NCBI RefSeq assembly: GCF_009914755.1
Contig: NC_060929.1
Length of the DNA stretch: 64,000 bases
Direction: 5' to 3' (one strand)
Origin: the human T2T-CHM13v2.0 reference genome, Homo sapiens
The position numbers were made by a program, and so were the translations under genes. This document shows positions 33,090-45,959 of this stretch, piece after piece. The notes beneath the pieces are model-generated. The model made no database searches and was not told the origin of the DNA. It was given only the letters and a program-made list of their open reading frames with translations. How positions within the stretch are numbered: the first letter of the stretch is position 1; each line of letters starts with the position of its first letter.

Positions 33090-34060
33090 CCAGAATTACG
33101 GAATCACAGGGTTGGAAGTAGCTTTGTGCAACCTTCCTGAGGGGCATGGACGTGATCTTTGAAGCAGTCTTGACAGGTCGCCATTACATCTCCATTTGTC
33201 TGTGTTCAGCCTTTGCTTGGCGTCCACTCTAGAGGTGGGGAACCGTTGGTTTTCAAGGTAGTTTTGAGCAACTTAATATTAGGTAGCTTTTCATAGTGTA
33301 TGCATTCCTTGCCCTCCTGTAGTCCTAATTCTATGTTTTTCATTTTTTATGTGACAAATCTTTAGATATTGAACAAGAATTATGTCAGTTCTCTTTCCAG
33401 TTATGCTGCAAAAGCTCTGTCTGCCCTCCCTCCCTCTTTGATGTGATTTCAGACCCTTCACAATTATGCTAGCTTTCCTGAAATGTTCCAGTTTTTCATT
33501 GCCACTTTAAAAATGTGATTCTCAGAAAAGCATATAATACTTCAGATAGGAAGTGAGCAGCACAAGGCATGCTAAGAAGGTTTAAAAACTGTAATTTGAT
33601 GAGTACAGCCCAAGTTGATTTTTTGTTATTGGTTTCTTTTATAGACAGCATCTGTCTGTGACATACTTGATGTTTTATTTCACATGGATTGATTGCTCAT
33701 CAGCAAGGCCTCACGTTATAGATGGGCAGCTTATTTTTTTGACCCTTGGCAGTGCTTTATATTTTTTCTTTTGTGGATTATTTTATATCTGCTCCTTGTT
33801 CTGCCTGCTGAATCCTTCTGAACCTTTCATCTGCTCTGGGAATTAGTGATCCTGTCAGGCTGTTGTCTCCTTATTATCCTTACTGATCATACCTTTGAGT
33901 CCATCCCAAGTGGTTGATAAAAATGTTGACCAGGGCAACATGAAGTAGAGGCTCTTGTGGTAAACTGCTGGGGTCTTTCTGCTGTCTTTACATTTGACTG
34001 GTGGGGAACCCTGACAGTGTTTCCAGGCTCCTATTGACAATGTGTTTTTATTCTTGGTTA
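33090..34060 (-). mobile_element. L3/CR1 fragment
   Basis: gaatcacagggttggaag, gttccagtttttcattgccactttaaaaatgtg and catcccaagtggttgataaaaatgttga match antisense CR1 3' region. Confidence 0.6.
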
Positions 34061-37000
34061 GATGTAATTTAGATGTAATTTGTCTTGCTCTGAAGTCTTG
34101 AACTCAGTTTGTTTTCTCATTAATTTATCGTCTTCTGTTTTGAAAATTCTGTATTTGTTTTTATGTTTATAGACGTTTGGATTAGTGGTGTTAGCTATTT
34201 TCCCCCCGACAATTATTATGTTCTCGTTAGCTTTTGTGTTAGTGGTCTTTACTAATACTGCCACCAAGCCCTCACCCATCTTTTCTTTGCTTTTTTTTTG
34301 CATTCCTGACCTGGAGTGCCTAGTACTGAGTGATAAATGGGGGTTGGGATGGTGGTGCTGGTGGAGCAACAGACGGAAGAAATTTCTTACATTAAGAAGG
34401 CTTCCAGTCTTTTTTCCAGAGGTACTGCTACAAATACATGCCAAGATTTTTCAAAAGACTGTAACTTTAAACAGTTTAAGAATATTCTGTTGGAGGTAAA
34501 GTTTAAAAAGCAATTCATAAAGAGAAACATACTGAAGTCTTACTCCAGATATCCTGATGGATGCTGTATGTTGAAAAATTACATTTTAGAAAATAAAGGG
34601 TATATAGATACCCTTTATTATGAGGTTTCATAAAATATCTCATATATTATGAGGTATATGAGATAGGTTAAAAAATCTGAATGACATTTACCTGAAAAAT
34701 AGCTAGTAAAAAACATACTGTATAAGAATGTAATGGGATAATGGTGCATCAGAAATACTACATAAATTATCTGTCTAAAGAGAGGTATCCAGATTTGACA
34801 TGGAGGTAGTTTATAGGGTAGGCCACATCTGCATTATTGTATTTTGTAACTTGTTCTTTGTAATATAATTTACTTAGTTGCATCAACCTATATGACCTTT
34901 TCTTAATTTGATATACTACAAAAGAAGCTTTAGCATAAATGTTTTCAAAATAATATCACTGCCCAAATGTCCCATTAAGCCAAGCATTTTATGAATCAGC
35001 AAGACCAGTCTCCTCTCCCTGCTGTCATTTCTTTTGTCCTTCCCCTTTTCTCCCTCCTGCCAAGTACTTGCATATCTGTGTGCTTATGTTAGCAGCATCC
35101 ACACTGATACCTGTTCTCTTTTTTTTTCACCCTAGCTCCAGGGGTAAAAGGAGAGACTGAAAAAAAAATATTCTGGAAGTCTTAGATATGGGATAAAATT
35201 CAAGGAAATGATTTCTTATCATCTTGTCACCTTTAAAATGTCGTTAATGGAACATGTACATCCTGAGTTTGTAGATATTTCTGTGTTTGGGATGCCTTTT
35301 AGTGTAAAGTATCAAGCAGCAAATAGAGCACACATTCTGTAGAATTAAAGAACCTTAGAAAAGATGACTATGAAAATTTTAAGTACATTTAGGGGAAGGA
35401 ATGATTCAATGGAGAGAATGAATTTGAAGATATATCCATAAATGCTTGAAGTTCTAATGTGGTTTTTAGTTACAGCAGATCTTTTAAAACTACAATGGAA
35501 TTTTGCCATTATGTCACTCATTATAGTTGGAATTCTACTTTAACTAGATTTGTTTTCTGATTTATATGAAACCTTAATTGCTTGAAGTATAGACTTAAGT
35601 TAAAATTTTGTAGCATGGATTCCAGAGATTCTAGTTTGTTTTTTTTTTCCCCCCAGGAAGAAAAACAGGAAGTACTATGTCCAGAAACTAACCAAATGAA
35701 GGTGTTTTTAATGACTAACTTTCTTCAGAGAATAAGATACTGTATGGTTTCTAGATTACAGTGCTTTAGGGCTAAATGTGGAAACTGGAACTCCAATATA
35801 AGGTTTTGCACCTTAAAGGTTAAGTATCCATTTGTATCCAATAACAACTTAGGAAATTTAAAGTTGTTATTCCCACAATAATTATTACTTTGTCCCTATG
35901 GGAATATTTAGAATTTGTATTTTTGGGCATAATATCTTATTTATATTTCACTGTATTTATAGTTGAACCTTATATCTAAATGAATGAGAGAAATTAACTC
36001 ATTTTTGTATGTAATTTAATTGTGTAGCATTCACTAATTGCTAATGATTTGCACACATGAACAAATCAAACAAAAATCTCTGCTCTTATGTTGTACACTT
36101 AGGTAATAAGGTGGTAAATGCATGTATCTAACTCTGGATCTCATGGTAAAATTAAGAGAGTAATTGTGCATTACACCAGGAATAATGTGCTGTTTACAAG
36201 TGGATGTCACTTGCCAAGTTTACACATCTGATTTAGAAGAAACAAAGATTTCAGACTTAATTGAGGACACATGTCTTTGATAGCTTTCTTGAGGTAACTC
36301 TAGTCCTTTAAGACTATCTTGAAACCATCAGCAGGATTTATTTTAAAAATCCTCCAGTTGAGGCAGCCATTTAAAATTGAGTAATTATTCCCTGGGGCCC
36401 AGTTCTTTATTACCAAAATTATAGCATTTTTAGGGTTTAGAACTCTCTTGGGCTCTTAAAGCCATGTTGTTTAGAAAAATTAAAATGTAAAAAATGGCCT
36501 AAGATTTCTAAACCATGTGACCTGTGGTCAGTCCTGTTCCTCTTGCTATAGAGCAGGGGACCATTGTAAACAGGAAAATTCTAATCCATATGCAGCTAGC
36601 AACTTCAGCCTTTCACAGACTAACAACTAAGACCACTATGAGCCCTATAGCTCCTTTATTTCTCGCATGGGTGCCTCATCACATGGAGGCCAGGGAAGAA
36701 GGAGCCTGGGAAAAGGAACACTTTGTCTTCAGATTTAGAAAGCACACTTGGAAAAGAAAAGAGAATCTTTTGAATAAAATCAGAAGGGAATACACGCCTG
36801 TAAACAAGATTCTGGAATCGTACAAAATAATGTATGCTTAGACTCTGCGTGTGAGTGGAAACCTTTTTTGGCCAGTGTAGATTTTTGTCATAAGAGGAAG
36901 CAGTTTTTAATGTGCAGTTCTTAGTTTTCAATCTTGGGAGCTTCTTGATAATTAAGTGATGTTTTTGACAGTGAGGAAATTAAATTATGTGGGAATTCAC

Positions 37001-37085
37001 TCCCTGAAGTATATTTTTGAGTAGCTTTCCTTGGATAGTTTAACTGTAGTCTTGTCTTCCCAGGATGAATTAGGTGACTTATTGA

Positions 37086-37406
<321 letters not shown>

Positions 37407-37854
37407 TAAAATGATTGCATTTTTTCCCCTTGTTCCCAATGGTTAAATTTTTATTTACTTTCCGATCTTTAGGGGAAAGAATGGCATAAATTAAGGCAGA
37501 TGAAAAATTTCAAAGGGCTGCCATCGCCCTCTTGAAGTTCACATTGTCTCCAGCTCCTCTAAGCCATGGCTACCACCTCTCAAGGCAAACTCCCATCCCT
37601 GTTTTGCTGTCTTTGGCTAGGATTTGTTGGTAGGCAGCAGACCTTATGGTAGAGGAGGGAAGATGAACTTTAAAGAGAAAAGTTCTATAGCCACTGTTGC
37701 TAAAGCTTTTGCTCTTTCTATTCTTTTCTGCCAGTAGCTGCCTCTTTGTTTGCTGGGAGAGAAGTAGAAGAGAGAAGCTAAGTCCAAGAGAGGAGAGGGA
37801 TTTCACCGCCTCCTTTAGCCTTCTTGCTCCTTTCATGGCTCTGCCCCATATTCT

Positions 37855-38052
37855 CATTTTCCAAACATTCCAATCACCTAGAGAGGGTTGTTTTTTTGTC
37901 TTCGGGTTTTTGGTTGTTTTTATAAAATAGAGTTCTTGGGGCCCACTTTTAGTTATTATACTTAAGGAAGTCTGGGGCTTCAGTCCTGAGAATCTGTGTA
38001 TTTCTTGAGTTATGCAGGTAATTTTGATGCCCAGTTAGATTTGAGAACTGTA
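37855..38052. mobile_element. MER5-like hAT MITE
   Basis: aatcaccta...ttcttggggcccac...gagaatctgtgtattt...caggtaattttgatgc...tttgagaactg. Confidence 0.55.
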
Positions 38053-39807
38053 GGATATGTTTCCCACCCTAACCTTTGGAGGTCAGGGTCCTAAGTTATA
38101 GGAGTCAATACCAGTAGCAGAAATGGTTGGGCTTACAATATGACAAATAAGGCCATAAATACGAAGGGTTTCCGAACCAACAGCCAGAGCTTCTAGGAGT
38201 GAGAGACCAGTTGAACTTAACTGTAATTATCCTGTTGTAGAGGTTAGTTGCTATAATAGCTATATTTAAGGTGTATTAGCTTTTGTCTTCTTTTATATTC
38301 CTTTTCATTTGTTGATAGAAAGCTATGTTTGAAGATATGGTGGGTATACTGTAAACTCCAACCACCAAAGATGGGATTAATCAAAATGTATACTTTGTTC
38401 ACATAAGTGGAATGTCTTAAGTAGATTTTTTAAATAAATAGGATCTACATTTTTCTTCTTTGTAGTGGCCTGTCTAATGGAGTATAGTTTCTTTCATCTT
38501 TTTATTAGTGAGAATTTAAATATATTTTGATGACATTTCTCTTTCAATTTCTTCACCACAACCACCATCATCGTCATGGAGAGGCTAATAGACTTTATGA
38601 GGGGCTAACTCCTCAGAGGAGGAAGAAATTACAGAGGTGGCATTTGAGCTGAGCCTTTAAAAATAAGAGAAGATTTGCATTAGAGATTGGTATTTTCTGT
38701 TCTTGGGAGGGTATTCCAGATACAGGAAAACTTGAGCAAAGACAACAGGCATGTTTGAAAAACAGTAGGCTTTGCTTCCATGAGGCCAAAGTGTAGGCTC
38801 TGTAAAACACAAGAGTAGAAGAGTAGATTAGAGACAGAGTGTCAAGAGCTCTAAAGTCATTTCTGTTTGGACTTTATTCTCAGTGTCATAGTTTCTATAT
38901 GGAAAGGGGCTCAGAGTTTAAAAGAGTAACTCCATAAAAATAATTGTAGCACCACATCTTTATTTGGAAGATTAAAGTCTTTTATTTGAATTATATTTCA
39001 GAATCTTAAAATATGTATATGTATCACACAAAGAAAATACCTTTAAAGACTTTTTCTTTATGTATAGTCTGTGGTCCTGTGAGGTCTGGAGCTTGGGACT
39101 ACTGTGAAATAAATGATAACCTTGTCATTCAGTAGACAGCCTGAGCTGCATTAGGGTCTTCTGCATCTCAGGGTTGGAGGCTTCTCCCTGCTTTGGCAGA
39201 ATTTCTCTTCCCTCCAGTCTTGGCCTTCTCCATTAACACACAGGTACTTTGAACTTTATGTCTGCAGGTCTGTGTCATTTTGCTATCTCTTTGGGGAACC
39301 ACCTGCCTAACCTTATGAGGTCCTGTTCAAAACTGTGGTTCTGCTCTTTTCAGCAACTGATCATTATTGCATATCACTGTCTTTTAACATCTACTAAAGC
39401 TGAAAACATTTGTATACTTAATATATTAATAGTATATTACTTGTTTATCAGTATGATGGTTTACATAAATGTGAAGCCTAGAAATTTTATAGGGACCTGG
39501 TGTAGTAATCCCTAACAGATATTGAAAGAAAGGTAAAAATTAGTTGAAAGGACTAGATCATCCTCATTCCTCACTCATTTTTCCTTAAAGAATATATTAA
39601 AAGGCAAAGTTGTCTACAGTCAGTATCAAAATTTTGTTTTAACAATGTTTTCAACATTTTACATCTTTCTGGTAATTTTATGAAGTCTCTGAAGACTAAA
39701 ATCTGTCATAATTAGTCAGAAGTAATATTTCCGAGTAGGTATTTACTTTCAAAAAGCCTAAGTCTTTAAAGGTGGCATATGATACTATAATTTATCTCAG
39801 AAATCTT

Positions 39808-40204
<397 letters not shown>

Positions 40205-40299
40205 TGAAACTGGACCATGTTGTCCATGGAAAACATATCTTACTTTATACCAGATTTTAAAATTAACACTGGTGTAAGTGCAGCCTAAAATTCCTCTGA

Positions 40300-41480
40300 G
40301 CCCCACTTTTACATAAGAAAAATTATTGAATATGATAAAGGTAGCATTTCCAATCAGTGAGAAAAGATAGGTTATTCAATTTGTGTTGGGACTAGTGGAT
40401 ATATATCTAGGAAAAAAAGTACAGACTCTAAATATTGAAAGGTAAAACTGAAAACATAAAAATATTTGAAGAAATCACTGGAAAATTATTCTACAAACTG
40501 CATGGGGAATGACAGTCTGTGATAATAGTAACCAAGAACCATGAAAGAATAGATTGGTAACAATTCAGCTACATAAAAATCCCTAAATTTCTCTATGGCA
40601 GAAACCATGAAACAGATAAATTTACCAAACTGGAAAAAATTTTCACAAATCATGTCACAAAGAGCTAATTTTCTTAAAATATATAAAAAAGATCTTTCAA
40701 AGTGTCATACACAAAACACTGCTTTTCGAAAAACATAAGCTCCTACAAAGCAGTAAGAAAATGATGAACAAATAGAAAAATGGGCAAAGGTGATGATTTA
40801 ACAGTTCACAGAGAAATACAAATGGCTTCTAAAATATATAAAAAGATGCCCAACTTCGTTCATAATATGAAAAATGTAAATTAAGACTACACTAAGATAC
40901 AATTTTTCACAGATCTGTTTTCTAAAAATAAAATAAGCTTGAGAGAGAGCCTCTTATCTGAATTCTGGGACAGCCTGATTTGCATGAGGGAAATAGGCAT
41001 CCTCCTGCACTGCTGGTGGGAGGGTAAAGGTACAGTCTCAGTGGAGGACAGTTTGCTGTTACCTCTCAGAATTACAAATGCATGTGTTTGTTTTGATGTA
41101 GCAATTTCCCATCTAGGAATTTATTCTTGAAAGACAGTCATACAAGATTTTCACACCAGCATTATTTGTAATAGCAAAAAGATGGGAAATTACCTAAATG
41201 CTCATATATAGGGGACTGCTAAATTGTGGAATTCCATGCAATTCTAAAAAAGAATAAGGAAGCAAAGTAGAGAACATTATGTATAGAGTTTACCATTTTA
41301 AAAAGGAGAAAATAGAATATATGTGTATTTCCTTATGTATCACTAAAATACTTCTGGGTGAATACAAGAGAAGTAACAATTTATCATGGGATGAGAACAG
41401 GGCAACTGAGGGACGAAGTTGGAGGGAGATTTTGTCACTGTGTACCCTTTTGTTTTGGACCATTTGAAGCTATTGTCTCT
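40300..41480 (+). mobile_element. Old L1M (L1MC/ME) 3' region
   Basis: aatagaaaaatgggcaaagg, cactgctggtgggagggtaaa, cagcattatttgtaatagcaaaa. Confidence 0.75.
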
Positions 41481-41939
41481 TGACAATAATTTCAAGAAGA
41501 TAAATTATGAAGGAGGGGGTCTAAAAAAGCTTTAAAATACGTTGTTTTAATAAAATGTTTTAATTTCTTTGCTTGAAAATTAACATTGCTTTAAGGGGGA
41601 AACAGCAGTTTAGGGGGAGCAAGTGCATTTAATTAAATTGCCTCTTCAGCAGTATTAAAAATCAGTCAGTTGTAAATTGGTGAGGAATATATTAAAACCC
41701 TATGGGAGACCAAGTTCTGAAGTTTGCTTCGAAGTTCGACCAGGAAAAGAAGGGGTTAAAGGTGTGATGCAGGTAAAGGAAGGGTTAAGGGCATTATGCA
41801 AGCTGTTAAATAAAAAGGAAGTGCATTACAAAATGCTGAGCTCAGGAGTCTGGCTGCCAGCCAAACCTTTGCTTTCCTCACTACAGCTGAGGGCTTTCGA
41901 AGCTTCCCACCAGTGGGTTTGTCTGAACTGTTTAGGAAT

Positions 41940-42120
41940 GCGGCCGCGGTCGCCAGCTGACGTCAGCGCCGCCGGTTCAGCCGCAGGCCAGAGTCAGAGA
42001 CTGACAGCGCGAGGGGCGGGGTTGGGAGTCAGGATGGGGCGAGGCCTGCGTGTGACTGATGGCGCGGGGGCGGGGCGGCGTGTGTGTGACTGACCCGACC
42101 GCGCAGAGGCGGGGTGGCAC
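41940..42120. promoter_or_regulatory. Small CpG-rich promoter-like/enhancer element with CRE and three GC boxes
   Basis: Densest non-Alu CpG cluster in the window; TGACGTCA 41958-41965; GGGGCGGGG 42013-42021 and 42067-42075; GAGGCGGGG ending at 42114. Confidence 0.75.
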
Positions 42121-43401
42121 AAGATTTGCGTTTCCTTGATGACTTCTAAATTATGATTATAGATTTTCTTTGTAATGAGGGGAAAGGTTTTTTTTTTTTT
42201 TTTTTTTTTTCCCGTTTTTGAAATCCAGGCCTCTGTATTGCTTCACTTTAGGTATTAAGTATAAGCACAAAATTAAATGTAACACATACCAAATTGTCCA
42301 ACTTCAAAGGCCATTTTGTTTTTGTTTTTGTTTCTGAGAACGAGGGGGCCACAGTAAAAACTTTGGTGATTTTTACCAGTGGAGGGGCTAGGGAGGTGAT
42401 TTTTGCTGTTTAAGGAGGTTCTCAAATTTACTTACCTGCAGTCCATTTTCATTTCAGAATTGCTACCAGAAAGAAATTGTAAAAGTTTTCAAGCATGATT
42501 TTGTAAAGCAAAAGATCAAAAAAGGAGAGAAATTATGTGGAAAATTGGCAAGATTAATTATATCTCTATTAAGACCACCTTTGCGCAAGATAGTTTTGGG
42601 TTATTACTGCTGATTTTCAGCCTTTAAAGAAAAATGTGGGTTCTTGGTAGCAACTTACAAGGATGGTGTTTAGAGCTATAGTTCCCCCTTCTCCACCATA
42701 CCCTGTTTTCTTGATGGTTAATTTTACTTTTAAAAACATTTGTATTTCTTGACTATTTATTAATTAGATCATTTTGCTTAGTCATACCTAAGAGTTTTGT
42801 TAGTCTTCGGTTTCTTAGTTGTATGAGTCAGAGTCAGGAATGCAAATTTATTAGCTTTTTGTGGAGAGGGATATGTGGGATGGTGAGAGCTGCGGGTGGG
42901 TAAGCATGGAGTGCAATACCAGTTCATAGACAAGGATCTAAAAGGAGCCATTAAGCTCCATGGAAAACATTGTTACTTGATCAGGCCAGTAAAGGAAGAC
43001 TATTTTGAGTAGCTACTGAAGTTATCTGATAGTTAATTTAATTGATTTGAGTAACTCTTTCAGGGACCCCAGATTTGTAAAAGTGGCACTGTTGTGACTT
43101 TTGATAAAGGGAGTTTTAGCCTTTCATGAGAGGAAGCCTTGGACTTATTTGTCCTTCATGTTGAGAAGCTTCCGTATGATCTTCATGGTTTCCTTAGGCA
43201 CAATCACTGTGATTTCACCTATGTATAGCAGCCCAACTAAGGTGAAGTCAGCATATAGACCAGGAAGATACAAAACTACGAAAACTCAGGACCAGCCTTG
43301 GCAAAAGGCAACATGTGTAGCCCTAAATTACCCCGGTACTCTAGTGCTCAGCCCCACATTGACAATTGCACAGAATTTAAGTGTTCTGAGTTTGTGAATA
43401 G

Positions 43402-43722
<321 letters not shown>

Positions 43723-44671
43723 GATTTATTTCCTTTTTAAACCATCTGACTAGATTCTAAAGACTGGTGTTTTTCACTTAGATACCTTTTTGTTGATAGT
43801 ACACTTCATGCAGAATAATTTTAAGAGTACAGAGTTGTAAACTACTGTTACATTGAACTCAAATATTAAGGTCATTTCATTTAATACATAGAATAGCCAA
43901 CAGGAATATTTGACAGATTGAACATTGAATTAAGAATGAGGTATGAAGTGTGCTTAGTTTGCTAAGTCACCAGTTATACGACTTTGTCCACTTTTAATCT
44001 CATCGTGTCTTAGTTTCTCCAGGGGAAAATGCTTTTTATTAGTTTTCCTATAACAGGACTCAAGGCAAAAAACGCTTTTATGAAGACGTAAGAATATTCT
44101 GGTTAATAATACACTATGGTTTGGCATGCTTGGAAAGGGCAGCAGAAGAAATGGCAACCTGGTGTGGATGCTGACTGGTCTCTCCATCTCTCTGCTTGTC
44201 TGAAGCACTGCAGCAAAGTCGCTGGGAGGTCCTGTGCTCTAGGAGTGGAGCCTTGAGTGATTTGAGTGTGTATTTAGAATGAGGTTTCCTTTCTTTGTTT
44301 TTGCCAAATTAGTTATCAGTTCTTCTAAAATACAGTCCTCTCAAAATATGGAGTGAATGTTTGTGTCTTGTTGGATGAGTCTGTATTTGGACTTAAGTGT
44401 GACTCAATTGTTTTTTAAACTTTAATGACAACTAAGGTGAGCACATTTTGAGTTACAAAGGATGGGAATACAGTAAAAATTGCTTCCCTGAAGTCTTGAT
44501 ATTAGTGAAGAAACAACCCCCTAATTGGAAGCTTTTGGACAAAGCTAGAATATAGTTTTGCTTCCTGAATACTCTAAAATGTTTCAGGAAATTTCAACCT
44601 TGTCTTTAATAAGAACACTTTAAAATTACTTTTGTCTAGTTAACACATGTTTTGAAATATATTGTCTTCAA

Positions 44672-45030
44672 TGTGTTAATCCACTCAGGCTCCTATAACA
44701 AAAATACCTTTAACCAGTAGCTTATAAACCATACAAATTTATTTGTCCCAGTTCTGGAGGCTAAGAAGTCCAAGATCAAGGTGCCATCAGATTGGGTGTC
44801 TGATGAGGCCCCTTTTCCTGGTTCCTGGATGGCACCTTCTTGCTGTGTCTTCATGTGGTAGAAGGAAAGGATGAAAGGTCTCTCTTGGGCCTCTTTTTAA
44901 GGGCCCTAATCCCATTCATGAGGGCTCTACATCCGTGACCTACTTAACCTTGTAAAGGCGGCACATCACCTTGGAGGTGAGGATTTCAACATATGAATTG
45001 GGGTTGGGGATAAGTATGCAGACCATAGCA
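44672..45030 (-). mobile_element. MLT1A-type solo LTR (ERVL-MaLR)
   Basis: tg..caggctcctataacaaaa, cagttctggaggct..gaagtccaagatcaagg, taatcccattcatgaggg, ends cagaccatagca. Confidence 0.85.
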
Positions 45031-45959
45031 TGCATTTTCATTTTCATTCATATATTGAGATTTTAGGAAATTAATCAAAGACATTATAGCTGCTAATACC
45101 GATCAAATAACCAATGTAACCACAATAAATTGATTTAATTTCAGCCCACAAGAAATGAAAAATTGATCTTTGTTATGTTAGCCTTGTAACTTTACTTCTG
45201 GTAAATCTACAGTTTCTATTAGATGGTTTGAAACTTTGGACAAAGCACGTGATACCTTATTGCTTCCAATGAATCACAGGGAATTGAGATTGGGACCCTA
45301 TACTGAGATCTCATGATAAAAAGAGAAAAACTTCACAGGAGAAAGTTGAACTGCTTTTTATGCAGGAATAGAACTTCTGGGTTGGTCAGAGTTGCAACTA
45401 CCATAATTTAGATCTGGCATCGTTTGCTGGGAAATGGGGTCGGGAGAGAAGCAGCATCCTAGGTTTGATCCCCTGAAGACTGATAGCTCAGGTGTAGTGT
45501 GATTTTAGTATGTTTCAGGGCTTGAATTTAGAATCTTCCCTTTCCATTTCCTTGCATATCAGGAATTAGTGATGTGGAGGCATTTATTGTTTATGTTATT
45601 TGGGGCAGCTGGCAGCACATTTGTGTCTTAGGTTCTGTTTAGTGTTTTAACTATTTGCATATTCTTTTTATGGGCTACTTCTTGGCTTGCGTTGAGATGG
45701 AATTGAAGAAAGCAAGTTCCGCAGTGAAAACAGATTGTCAAAACCAGAAAAGAGGCACATTGTGCTCAGTTTTCAAAACTCTTCTGTTAATCTCTGTATT
45801 GGTTCCTAAGAACCCTGCTGAAGAATCTATGTTTTCTTAGGAGTGTCCATCTTGAATATTAATTTAAAATGGTTTATTGTGAATTTCCTCTCATTAAGCC
45901 TGGTCTTTTGTATTGTTTTCCATTTTATTGTTGAAAGTGTTTATCATTAAAATTTATTT

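Noticed and set aside
34058-34081. Micro tandem duplications (tagatgtaatt x2; also ataacttct ~3154, agatacctt ~23500, agtactattt ~59293)
   Set aside because: Ordinary slippage duplications with no array or spacer structure; not CRISPR-like
35101-35710. Strong-looking acceptors at 35135 and 35656
   Set aside because: No convincing paired donor; such tracts are frequent in T-rich introns
41677-42093. 138-aa ORF running into the CpG element
   Set aside because: TTG start, no homology; GC-richness explains the lack of stops
45461-45500. B-box-like ggtttgatccc next to tagctcag
   Set aside because: Boxes are in the wrong order and there is no cloverleaf
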